Source of the DNA: a plasmid
Reading direction: 5' to 3' (one strand)
Sequence record: NZ_CP027239.1
DNA length: 64,000 bases
Shown here: positions 55,640 through 64,000 of the stretch, piece by piece
How the letters are laid out: each line of letters begins with the position of its first letter
How positions within the stretch are numbered: position 1 is the first letter of the stretch
Program-made: the position numbers and the translations under genes
The notes under the pieces: generated by a model
What the model was told of the DNA's origin: nothing
Databases searched by the model: none
Seen by the model: only the letters and a program-made list of their open reading frames with translations

Positions 55640-57613
55640 TCAGGGAGTGCCCGGCGAGCTGGTTCCCGACGCCCCGGGTGAGGTGCCGTCGCCGGACTGC
55701 AGGTCGTCCACCGACCCGAGTCCGCCGCTGTCTCCGCCGGTCGTGCCGCCGGAAGTCGAGTTCCCGCCACTGCGGGTGGTGTTGCCGGAGCTGCCGCTGG
55801 CGCCGCTGGGTCTGCCCGAGCTGCTGGAGCGTCCGACGTTGCTGCCGGAGGTGTCGATGACCCCGTTTTGGATGTCGTACACCAGCCACCGGTCAGCCTC
55901 GCGCACCAGCGACATCCGGTAGCCGGCCTGCTGAGTGGCTTCCGAGGCGGTGACGGTCCAGGAGGCCGTCACGTCGACGAACACGTAGTCACCGTCGACG
56001 TAGACCACCGTCTCGCCGGTGTTGACCGACTTGTTGGGCTTGGCGACGACGGTGCGGATGTCCGGCTGGGTCAGGGCCCCGCCGAGGCCGTTGCGGACGT
56101 TCGTGGTGGCGTCTCGCGCCATGAGTAGGTTCATCTGGCGGGTGTCGCTGGAGGCCCACGCTGTCAGGAACGGCTCGATGACGGTGCTGGACAGTTCGCT
56201 GCCCAGCTCTTGGTCAACGTTGCGGGGCTGCTCGGGTAGCGGGGCCTGCGCCACCGGGATGGTCGGCGACATGCCGATGGCTCCGACCACCTGCATGGCC
56301 ATGCCGCCGCCCTCGGTGGGGCCGACCCAGACTGGGACGCTCACCGCGAACGGTTCCCCGTCGAGGACCACATCGAAGCCGAGGTGGGCGGCTTCTCCGG
56401 TCCCGTAGCCGGGTACCGGGTCGGCGTAGCCGTTGAACATCACCGAATCGACGACCTGTTCCGCTCCGTCGTTCTGCCATCCGCAGTCGCGTGGCGCGGT
56501 GCCGGCGGACATCGACTCCAGTCGTGCCTGCCGTTGCTGCAGCTGCACGCTGTCGCCGTGCGTCAAGCAGGTCTCCAGGTAGCGGGTCGCGAACGCGGAC
56601 GCCGAGTCGACGGGGAACGTCGAGAGGTTGTAGGCAGCCGCCTCTTCGGGGCTGATCGCGCCTTCTGCGGGGATGCGTGAGGTGCCGACGACGATGCCCA
56701 TCAGCAGACCGGTCACGGTGGTCAGAGCCATCACTGCCCCGGCGGCGTAGACCAGGCGCTTTCCTCGCTGCCTGGTGTTGGACACCGGCGGCGCCCCGGG
56801 CGGGGTGACGTCGAAGTCACTGATGGGGACGCCGTGCTCGTCGTAGTAGGTGATGGCCGGCGTGTCGTCGGTGTCGGAGTGCCCGCGGGTTCCGGCCAGG
56901 TGGAACAGGCGAGACAGCCGGCCCTCGCCCTTGCTCTTGCCCTTGGGCTTCGTGGCGTTCGGCTCTTCGGGCGGGACTTCGTAGCCGTCGGCGTCGACCC
57001 AGATCAGTTCGTCGTTGCCGTCGACGTCCAGGATCGGTTTGCCCTGCTCGTCCGTGCGGGCCAGCAGCTGCCCGTCGGCGGTGGTCGCCACGGTCCCGCC
57101 CTCGACGTCGGTGGAGTACAGGTACCTGGTGGTCCCGGCGACGATCTCGAAGTACGGCTCGGGAGTGCGCTGCGGTGCCGGCTCGACGGGAGCGGTGACC
57201 GGCGCCGGGTCCGGATCGGCTGGCGGGGGCGGCTCGGTCGCGGCCGGGGCGGGGCTGGTGTCCGCGGCGGGCCACACTTGTACACCGGCCAGGCAGCGCA
57301 GGGCCTCGATCACTTCGGTGGGATCGTCGCCGGCCCCGGTGGGGGCGGGCTGCAGGTCCGCGGGGATCCCGGACTTGGGGAACACCGCGGTTTTCCCATC
57401 TCCGGTGGGGGCGGGAAACATGCCGGGGGGCAGGACGAGTCGACTCACTGGGCCACTCCCCGCCAGGCGGCGCAGTGCACAGTACTCATCCAGCCCCTCC
57501 TTGTTCCGCCAGGTCGGCCAGGTGTCCTGACCGCCTTCCGGCGAATGTTTGCTCCGATGGGGTGATCGTAAAGCCCACTCATGCCGGGGCGGGCCGGTCG
57601 ACGTGCCGCGCAC
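55640..57613 (-). CDS. bitopic membrane protein, VirB8/TcpC-like candidate
   Basis: Pro-rich cytoplasmic N-terminus, single TM 'LVYAAGAVMALTTVTGLLMGIVVG', roughly 300-aa extracytoplasmic domain, Gly/Ser-rich tail. Start uncertain (GTG 57613 or ATG 57421). Confidence 0.5.
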   Translation of the reverse strand: MRGTSTGPPRHEWALRSPHRSKHSPEGGQDTWPTWRNKEGLDEYCALRRLAGSGPVSRLVLPPGMFPAPTGDGKTAVFPKSGIPADLQPAPTGAGDDPTEVIEALRCLAGVQVWPAADTSPAPAATEPPPPADPDPAPVTAPVEPAPQRTPEPYFEIVAGTTRYLYSTDVEGGTVATTADGQLLARTDEQGKPILDVDGNDELIWVDADGYEVPPEEPNATKPKGKSKGEGRLSRLFHLAGTRGHSDTDDTPAITYYDEHGVPISDFDVTPPGAPPVSNTRQRGKRLVYAAGAVMALTTVTGLLMGIVVGTSRIPAEGAISPEEAAAYNLSTFPVDSASAFATRYLETCLTHGDSVQLQQRQARLESMSAGTAPRDCGWQNDGAEQVVDSVMFNGYADPVPGYGTGEAAHLGFDVVLDGEPFAVSVPVWVGPTEGGGMAMQVVGAIGMSPTIPVAQAPLPEQPRNVDQELGSELSSTVIEPFLTAWASSDTRQMNLLMARDATTNVRNGLGGALTQPDIRTVVAKPNKSVNTGETVVYVDGDYVFVDVTASWTVTASEATQQAGYRMSLVREADRWLVYDIQNGVIDTSGSNVGRSSSSGRPSGASGSSGNTTRSGGNSTSGGTTGGDSGGLGSVDDLQSGDGTSPGASGTSSPGTP

Positions 57614-57951
57614 TGCGGAAGCTGGGATTTTCGGGCGGACGGTTGGGATTGTGGGACTTTCGGGCGATTTCGCCGCCAGAGGTTGGGACCGCCTAAGGCT
57701 GCCCCGCGAAACGCCTGGTCAATGCCCGGCTGAAAGTAAGGAGGCGAGGGTTGCCTTGCTCCCGCAGTCCCATCTTGTCGAGCCCCGAAGTCCCAACTGG
57801 GCCGTTTGTGCTGGTCGAAATCCCAACGTGGGCGGGGCCCTCAACTCATCTGGACACGTCCGGGACGCGGAGCACGCCCCAGGCCCGCCAGGCACGCCCC
57901 GCGCGCCGCAGCGGTGTCAGTTGCGGTTCCACCGCCAGGCGGCGCGCTCGG

Positions 57952-59904
57952 TCAGCGGGCAGCGAAGGGATCCTCGAAGTCCTCAACGAAGTCGTCCTCG
58001 GACCACCCAGCGAAGTCGCCACCCTCAGAATCGTCCGGCGGCAGCCCGTGCGGGATGGAGGCCTCCTCCGGCAGATCCGGGCCATCCGGTAACGGCACCG
58101 ACTCGTCGAGCCCCGCTGCCGGCTGGGAGGGGGAGCTCTGACGGCCTCGAGGGAACAAGGCGTCCGGCACGTCGATGGCTGCCCGGCTGTCGACGTCGAA
58201 GGCCTCATCACGCCCGGTGAGGATCTGCGCCAGGAGCCGGTTGTCGCGCAGCTCCGCCAACTGCTCGGACATCACCTTCTCGAGCTGGGCGCGGGATTCG
58301 TCGGCATCGACGTCGTCATCGGCGTAGGGGTCCCACCGGTACGGCTTCTCCAGCACCGGCACCATGCGGATCGTCTCATACCAGTTGTTGGGCCCCTCCG
58401 GGCCGCAGGTGTGCACGGCAGTGTGCTCATCTGCACCGTTGATGAACAGCACCTCCCGCCGGTCATTGTCGGCGTCCACACGCAGGCCCATCACCGCGTC
58501 AGCGGGGATGCGGGTGGAGTCCTCGCTGGTCTTGCGGATCTTGGAGGTTTCCCCAGCGCCCTGCCCGAATCGGAAACGGTTGCGTTCGACCTGCGCTTCT
58601 TCGACGGCGTACATCTTGCGCACCTCTGACGATTCCGCGGCGAACAGCTTCGCGTCCTCCGACGATGACAGTTTCAGGGTCAGCAGGTGATCCATCTGCG
58701 CTCGCAGTCGCTTCCACACCACTCCCTGTCCGTCGTCGATCGCCAGGACGTCGGCGATGGACTGCGAGGACAGGATGGGCCGGATTCCCATGTCGGCGGA
58801 CTTGTTGAACAGCCCGATCATCGCGTTCGCCGCCTCCGGGGTGTTCGCCGATCCGACCTCTTCCATCTGCAGCACCAGCGGCGCCCACGGGGTTCCATCG
58901 ACGGTGCCGACGTCGGCTCCGACGTAGCGGGCCACGGTGTCGTACTTTGACCGCAGGGTCGCCACGGTGCTCTGCAGGTCCAGTAGCACGGTGGTCCCCA
59001 CCAGGGCCGCGGTGTCGGGGTAGTCCTGTGCCGGCAGCGAGAACACGACGATTTCCCGCCGCAGGATGGCCCGCACCAGGTCGATCCGCATCGCCGGCGC
59101 CGCACCTGGGGTGAGGCGGCCGTCCAGGGCGGAGTCGTTGAGGATGGTGCCGATGAGCGACGCGGTGTCGGAGATCGACCCGGACAGCGTCGAGCTGGCG
59201 CGGCGCAGCTGGTCGGAGAAGGTGGCCATACGCTGCTGGATTGCGCCTACCCTGTTCTGGGCGTCGCGTTCGCCGATGATTCCGCCACTGGCGCGGATGA
59301 CGTCGTCGACGGTCAGGGAGTTGCCGATCTGAACGATCGAGTCGGCGGCCAGGACGTTGGACAGCACCTGCAGCCCGGACTGGGGTTGGCCGCCCCTCTT
59401 GGTCTGGTCCAGGCCTTTGAGGGCGGCCAAGTCCCACGCCAGGGACACCGCCTCGTTGGCCTGCCGCAGATACACCGCGGCATCACCGTGGCGGGGCACC
59501 GAGTTCAGCAGCATCGACGCCTTGGACTTGCCGTTGCCTCGGGTGAACGGGTCGTAGTGCGCGGGCCGTGGAGGTGCATAGGGGTGAGCCGGCCGGTAGG
59601 TGGTGCGGGCCTTGGGTGCGAGCTCGAAGTGCAGGAAGGTGCGGCCGAGCTCGCGCGCCAGCTCGGCCTTGCGTCGCACCAGGTCGTGGTCACCCTTGAA
59701 GTCGAGCACGATCTGTCCGCAGCCGAGCTGGCGGGACTGCTGGTCAGCGATCGAGGTGGCCAGCCGTGTCTTACCGGAGCGGGAGGTGCCAAAGATCGCG
59801 ACGGCCTTCTTCAGTTGCGAGCACGGAACCAGTACCGGGTCACCGTATCGGCCGGTGCCGATTGCCACCGCCGGCCCGTCGTCAGGTTTCTGCCAAGGCC
59901 ACAT
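57952..59904 (-). CDS. VirD4/TraG-like type IV coupling protein, ATPase part
   Basis: 650 aa from ATG 59904 (MWPWQKPDDG). Walker A 'AIFGTSRSGKTRLA'. TraG/TraD-like C-terminus. The listed ORF 57952..60516 carries 204 junk codons upstream, in the frame opposite the TM gene. Confidence 0.75.
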   Translation of the reverse strand: MWPWQKPDDGPAVAIGTGRYGDPVLVPCSQLKKAVAIFGTSRSGKTRLATSIADQQSRQLGCGQIVLDFKGDHDLVRRKAELARELGRTFLHFELAPKARTTYRPAHPYAPPRPAHYDPFTRGNGKSKASMLLNSVPRHGDAAVYLRQANEAVSLAWDLAALKGLDQTKRGGQPQSGLQVLSNVLAADSIVQIGNSLTVDDVIRASGGIIGERDAQNRVGAIQQRMATFSDQLRRASSTLSGSISDTASLIGTILNDSALDGRLTPGAAPAMRIDLVRAILRREIVVFSLPAQDYPDTAALVGTTVLLDLQSTVATLRSKYDTVARYVGADVGTVDGTPWAPLVLQMEEVGSANTPEAANAMIGLFNKSADMGIRPILSSQSIADVLAIDDGQGVVWKRLRAQMDHLLTLKLSSSEDAKLFAAESSEVRKMYAVEEAQVERNRFRFGQGAGETSKIRKTSEDSTRIPADAVMGLRVDADNDRREVLFINGADEHTAVHTCGPEGPNNWYETIRMVPVLEKPYRWDPYADDDVDADESRAQLEKVMSEQLAELRDNRLLAQILTGRDEAFDVDSRAAIDVPDALFPRGRQSSPSQPAAGLDESVPLPDGPDLPEEASIPHGLPPDDSEGGDFAGWSEDDFVEDFEDPFAAR

Positions 59905-60524
59905 CAGGACCGTTCCTCCTGGAGGTAAGCGCCAGCGGCGATCTGCTCTCGCACCTTGCGTTCGTGTCTGCGGTCCAGCCAGCCCACGGGCCGCATGTTG
60001 GAGTAGGCCTCGCCCTCGACGGTGCCCTCGAGGCGCCGGGACCTGGAGCGGATGGCGCTGTAGATCGCTCCGATGGCCAAGCCTGTTGGGATGCCGAACG
60101 CCAGCTGCGTGAGGATCACCTGCGACATCGGCATCGTCGTGTGGGCTGCCGCCCAGCCCAGCACCCCGGTGTCGAAGCTCGACAGCAGGCCGGATGCCCA
60201 GGTGGTGGCGGCGAAGCTGGTCGACCAGGCCAGCCACACGCTGGTGTTGACCCCAGCGGCGATGACGCCGATGACCAGGGCCACCGCGGCCCACATGAGC
60301 CACCGACTGGTGCGTACGCGGCGGTACTCGATGCCGATCACGGCGCCGGCTGCGGCGAGCATGGTGCCGGGCAGTGCCGCGGCGGCCAGGATGAGCGCGA
60401 CTGCGGTCAGCAGCGCTGACTGGCCCTGTTTGGGGCGGGAGGCGGTGTCGTCGGCCACGGTGGCTCGTCTTTCGGGTGGGCGGCTGGTGGGCGCACCTAG
60501 TGTCCATGCAGGGCATGCCGCCAC
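59904..60524 (-). CDS. 4-TM membrane protein, probable membrane subunit of the coupling protein
   Basis: 206 aa. ATGA overlap with the coupling-ATPase gene at 59904. Helices 'LLTAVALILAAAALPGTMLAAAGAVIGI', 'LMWAAVALVIGVIAAGV', and others. Confidence 0.6.
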   Translation of the reverse strand: MAACPAWTLGAPTSRPPERRATVADDTASRPKQGQSALLTAVALILAAAALPGTMLAAAGAVIGIEYRRVRTSRWLMWAAVALVIGVIAAGVNTSVWLAWSTSFAATTWASGLLSSFDTGVLGWAAAHTTMPMSQVILTQLAFGIPTGLAIGAIYSAIRSRSRRLEGTVEGEAYSNMRPVGWLDRRHERKVREQIAAGAYLQEERS

Positions 60525-60556
60525 GATGATGGTCGCGAGCTCGCGCGGGTGGCGCT

Positions 60557-60608
60557 GGCCGCCGTCGACGGCGGCATGACGCTATAGCGCTACGACGCTA
60601 TGACGTCA
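60557..60608. other. oriT-like palindrome/repeat cluster
   Basis: Perfect 18-bp palindrome GCCGCCGTCGACGGCGGC (60557-60574), immediately followed by ATGACGCTAT-AGCGCTAC-GACGCTAT-GACGTCAT. That block has a GACGCTAT direct repeat, a TAGCGCTA palindrome, and ATGACG...CGTCAT ends. Lies in the divergent region between the T4SS operon and the primase gene. Confidence 0.4.
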
Positions 60609-60963
60609 TATCTGCCACCGGTCACACACTTTCGCGACTCACCGAGTGCGGGGGATCGCACAATGTCGATCCGATGCCACTATGATCGTCAGCATCGGGA
60701 ACAGGAAGGGTGTTCGGCCTCACGGTCACACCATGCACAACATGCACGGCAGTCCCTCGTGACGGCTCTGCATCACTGTAGGGACGATTCTCCCTTTTTG
60801 CCTCCGATGCCGGTAAGGCACAAATGAAGAGTGGTCTCGACCGCGCGCCAACGCGATCGAGACCAGGAAGTCTCTTCGTGAAGTTCGGGCACCACCCCGA
60901 CACTTCACAGCTCCTTACCGAATGTCCACACGACCGGAATACGGGTTGAAAGGAGTTTGAGTT

Positions 60964-63087
60964 ATGCAGCGGGCCGTAGAGGTCCGCGGCGTCGGGTCCC
61001 AGCTTAACAGGACCCGGGGCGAATCCGCGATACCACGCACCCTGAAATCGGTCTTGTCGCTGAGCCCCCGGACCACCTGCATGCTCGACAGAGACGGCAC
61101 GCACAACTACACGCCGGCTCCGCTCCCAACCGACTTCCCCCAGACGCCGTGGGCGCTTCACCTGACCGACCGTCAGCGACAATTTCGGCTCCTCGGCTTC
61201 GACCTCGACGACCACGACGGACACCGCGGCGCCGACGTCGCCACCGACCTGGCGTTGCTGACCTCGGTGTGTGACGAGCTCGAGCTGCCGTACCTCGTAT
61301 GCGCCTCCGGCAGCGGCGACGGCCGACACGTGTGGCTGCACTGCGAACCCACTTCTGCCGTCATCGTCGACCGCATCGCCTTGGCCACCAAGACCCTGTG
61401 CCGCACCTTCGATCCGACGCCGCTACGCAACCCCGACACCGGTTGCCTTCGCGCCCCCGGATCCCCGCACCGCTTCGGTGGAGCCTCCACAATCCGCCCC
61501 CACGGCGAGCATCCGACCGGGATGCACGCTCTGCGAGCGCTAGTCGCGAACCCTTCCGACGCCGCCCGAATCGAGGCCCTCGCGGACGCGCTGGCCGGGC
61601 TCGCGCACCAGCAGCTCGTGGCCCAGGAGCTCACGCCGGACGCCATGCCGGGCACGGCCCCTGCGGTCGTCGACAACGCCGCCAGCGACCGTATTTCCGC
61701 CGAACTTTCCGCGGACGCCCCGACGCATATCGCCGGCCCCGTCACGGGCCTGGGCGCCCGCCGCACGCTGCAACCGTTCGCAGTTGAGCTACTGGCTCGC
61801 GCTCCTGGCGACGACGCCTCACGCACCTCCCACACGATTGCTCGCGCCTTCGTCTACGCCCGCCGCAGTGTCGATGAGTTCATCCACGCCGCGCTGGTCG
61901 ACAAGGCCCCCGGCCTCGAGCACATCCGCACCGAACGCTCTAAGCGCTCCGATGAGCGCCGGCCCCGCACCCGTCCCGAAGCGCACGCCATCCGCCAGTT
62001 CCAGCAGGCCGTCGCCTCCATTCCGGCCCACCATCTTCGCGCGATCGACGGTGACTCGTCCGGGGCGTCGCAGCGCCGCCAGGAGGCCACCGAGATCGCC
62101 CTGAGTGCAGTGGAGATTGCCTACCGCGGTGCCGGATGGGTCGGCGCGACGGGAGCGGTTTTCCACCGCACGTTGGCGTCCTTGGCCCAGGTGTCGATCC
62201 ACCGCGGCAGGCGCGTCGTCACGCTCAGCTCCCGCTCCTGGGCGAAGCAGGCCGGTCTGACAGTGCCGCAGATTTCCCTAGTTTCCCGAGCCCTGGAGGA
62301 CGCGGGGTGGATCCGTTGTGTCGCCCCGGCAGCAGGGCCCCTGGCGGCGCAGTGGCAGATCGTCGACAGGAGGGAAGCACTGCGGTGGGTTACGCATTTC
62401 TCGAACACTGCGGGAGCCCACCCCCCGAGCGGGACTCCCCTGAGCACGGCTCGTCAGCTGGTGGACCTGGCCCCTGAATCCGGTCGGCACGACTGCTGGG
62501 ACCTGCCCGGCTTGGGTACTACTGGGCACGCGATCTGGCTGACCCTCCAGGTGCGCGGCCCCCTCTCCGAGGCTGGTCTGGCCGGTCAACTCGGAATGGA
62601 TCCCCGCACGGTCCGCAAGACCGTGGCCGCCCTGGCCCGGTTCGATCTGGTGCGCGGCTGCGGTGGTGAACTCCTGCGCCCACTGCCCCTGTCGCGCGCC
62701 GATTTCCACTGCGTCCGTCTCGCGTGCGCGGGCACTCAGGCGCAACGCTGGCACCGGTACGCCGTGGAGTCCGCGCGATGGGCTGTGCGGTGCGCTGAGC
62801 GCGTGTGGCGCACCAGTTTGGACAAGTCGAAGACGCCCGCCGAGGTGGCGATCCTGCGCAAATTCGTGTGCGTCGACGTTCCGATTATCCGCCCTGAATC
62901 GTCGTACCCGAGGCAGCGTGGAGCGTCGACGAGAGAGGTGCTGCAGTTCGCGCAGACCTGGTGCCGGCGACTGGTCGACAGCGATCAGTTGACGCACGCC
63001 GAACGGATGCTGCTCGAGCCCCCTTCTGAGGTGCCGCCGTCGGTGCCGCCACCGTTGTCACCGCGCCCGCTCACGGTCGCCGCGTAG
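60964..63087 (+). CDS. AEP-family primase-polymerase (Prim-Pol) domain protein, probable replication initiator
   Basis: RBS AAGGAG. AEP motif I 'LLGFDLDDHDG' (DxD) and motif II 'LVCASGSGDGRHVWLH' (SGxG-H). 707 aa. Confidence 0.65.
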   Translation: MQRAVEVRGVGSQLNRTRGESAIPRTLKSVLSLSPRTTCMLDRDGTHNYTPAPLPTDFPQTPWALHLTDRQRQFRLLGFDLDDHDGHRGADVATDLALLTSVCDELELPYLVCASGSGDGRHVWLHCEPTSAVIVDRIALATKTLCRTFDPTPLRNPDTGCLRAPGSPHRFGGASTIRPHGEHPTGMHALRALVANPSDAARIEALADALAGLAHQQLVAQELTPDAMPGTAPAVVDNAASDRISAELSADAPTHIAGPVTGLGARRTLQPFAVELLARAPGDDASRTSHTIARAFVYARRSVDEFIHAALVDKAPGLEHIRTERSKRSDERRPRTRPEAHAIRQFQQAVASIPAHHLRAIDGDSSGASQRRQEATEIALSAVEIAYRGAGWVGATGAVFHRTLASLAQVSIHRGRRVVTLSSRSWAKQAGLTVPQISLVSRALEDAGWIRCVAPAAGPLAAQWQIVDRREALRWVTHFSNTAGAHPPSGTPLSTARQLVDLAPESGRHDCWDLPGLGTTGHAIWLTLQVRGPLSEAGLAGQLGMDPRTVRKTVAALARFDLVRGCGGELLRPLPLSRADFHCVRLACAGTQAQRWHRYAVESARWAVRCAERVWRTSLDKSKTPAEVAILRKFVCVDVPIIRPESSYPRQRGASTREVLQFAQTWCRRLVDSDQLTHAERMLLEPPSEVPPSVPPPLSPRPLTVAA

Positions 63088-63350
63088 ACCCGTCCGCGTC
63101 GACACGAAGGCCGGGCGCGGTCGGTCTCCGCAGTCTGCTCGATCCGGGCACAGGAGGTGGCGTCATCGTCCCGGGCGGCGCTGCGACGGCACCGCGGGCA
63201 GGGTGGCGAGCGCTGTGCGAGAAGCGTCGGGCACCCACGCCCCGTGAACCCCCGAGCCGCGGCGTGTACCGCGCACCGTTGGTCGTGCAGCACACGTAAG
63301 GACCCGGGCACCGTCGCTTGGCACGCGCGCACGCGGCGGCCCCGCGCCAG

Positions 63351-63977
63351 TCAGCGAGTCAGGGCGAGACAGCGCTCGTGGTTTCCCGACAGCGAGATCC
63401 ACTGATGGAACGGCAGCTCGTCCGGTTCGCGCCCGAACTCGGGCAGATCCTCGAGCCACAGATCCCGCCACCGGCCCCACTCTCCGAGGGAGCAGTACAT
63501 GCGGTCGGGCATGAACAGCTGAGTCAGTCGCCACGCGATCCCGTCGTCGTCCGGCACGGGGATCAGTTCGCCACTCATCGGCCGTCCCTGGGCGACGCCG
63601 TCACGGTCGAACTCGACCGGAACGGTGGCCGCCTGCCCGGTCTGCTTGTTGCGGACACGACGCTGATACACGCTCGACGTGTCACCGACGTAGGGGTTGT
63701 TCTGGTCACCGTAGGACGCCCGGATCACCCCGAGCGCCGGGGCGCCGGTCACCGGGTGCACTCCCCCGCGGTGGCCCACCAGCTGGCGCCGAACCGACGG
63801 AGAACACAGCCACCGCACGTACCGGAATTGGCGATACCGCACCTGCGGCTGGCCGTCGTCACCGGTGACCATGAACGGGCCAGCATCCCGGTAGCCGTCG
63901 ACGTAACCGCGCAGCCGCGACATCTCCTTGTCGGACAACTCGATCTCGATCGCGCGAAGCTCACCGTCGTCGGTCAC
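63351..63977 (-). CDS. hypothetical protein (start at window edge, possibly truncated)
   Basis: ORF with GTG at 63977. No upstream stop inside the window, so the true start may lie beyond 64000. Confidence 0.35.
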   Translation of the reverse strand: MTDDGELRAIEIELSDKEMSRLRGYVDGYRDAGPFMVTGDDGQPQVRYRQFRYVRWLCSPSVRRQLVGHRGGVHPVTGAPALGVIRASYGDQNNPYVGDTSSVYQRRVRNKQTGQAATVPVEFDRDGVAQGRPMSGELIPVPDDDGIAWRLTQLFMPDRMYCSLGEWGRWRDLWLEDLPEFGREPDELPFHQWISLSGNHERCLALTR

Positions 63978-64000
63978 CTCGATCAGATCGGGGTAGCGCA

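Noticed and set aside
59905-60516. First 204 codons of listed ORF 57952..60516(-)
   Set aside because: Arg-rich nonsense in the frame overlapping the well-formed 4-TM gene 59904..60524. The real coupling-protein start is ATG 59904 (MWPWQKPDDG), overlapping the upstream stop.
1-64000. cas genes, relaxase, rRNA
   Set aside because: Every protein over about 150 aa was checked for Cas3 helicase-HD, Cas1/2 and Cascade-like signatures; none found. No HUH, MobP/Q or TcpM-like relaxase motif recognised; it may lie beyond 64 kb. No rRNA-like conserved stretches.

Overview
The window is high-GC (roughly 68-70% by eye) actinobacterial-type DNA that is almost entirely mobile or accessory.

(1) Bases 1-692: a chromosomal-looking SRPBCC-fold gene, followed by a low-GC patch.

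(2) Bases 1361-21414: a phage/AICE-like module. It carries an FtsK/SpoIIIE (TraB/TraSA-like) DNA translocase, a DUF932 phage/plasmid protein, an SSB, an orphan 4-repeat type I-E-like mini-CRISPR array with no cas genes, a RusA resolvase, a DnaB-like helicase, an ASKHA/ParM-like ATPase, a YqaJ(PD-D/ExK)-DnaQ(DEDDh) exonuclease fusion, an HA-domain protein and several small membrane proteins.

(3) Bases 21420-21980: an AT-richer junction with an 11-bp-arm palindrome and TGTCAG repeats.

(4) Bases 21971-34677: a minus-strand cargo island of redox/detoxification genes. It holds two CrtI-like FAD oxidoreductases; one is cleanly split by a 1082-bp IS481-family element with an ACTAGC target duplication, and the duplicated CTAG supplies the transposase stop codon. 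It also holds a heterodimeric SMR pump pair, TetR and AraC regulators, an NmrA-like protein, an FAD monooxygenase, an AMP-ligase, and a phosphotriesterase-family protein whose first HxH metal motif is replaced by TxC.

(5) Around base 35300: a frameshifted DUF3817 gene.

(6) Bases 35389-35534: a cluster of [C/G]TGACA hexamers plus a GC palindrome, immediately upstream of a tyrosine integrase (35685-36743).

(7) Base 36876 to the window end: an actinobacterial T4SS-type ICE. It carries an SNF2-like helicase, a NERD-domain polytopic membrane protein, lipoproteins, a 1045-aa M23 + transglycosylase + NlpC/P60 cell-wall hydrolase, VirB6-, VirB4-, pilin- and VirB8/TcpC-like proteins, a VirD4-like coupling protein split into a TM gene and an ATPase gene, an oriT-like palindrome cluster, and an AEP primase-polymerase.

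No cas genes, rRNA, or convincing tRNA were found. No canonical relaxase was recognised inside the window.
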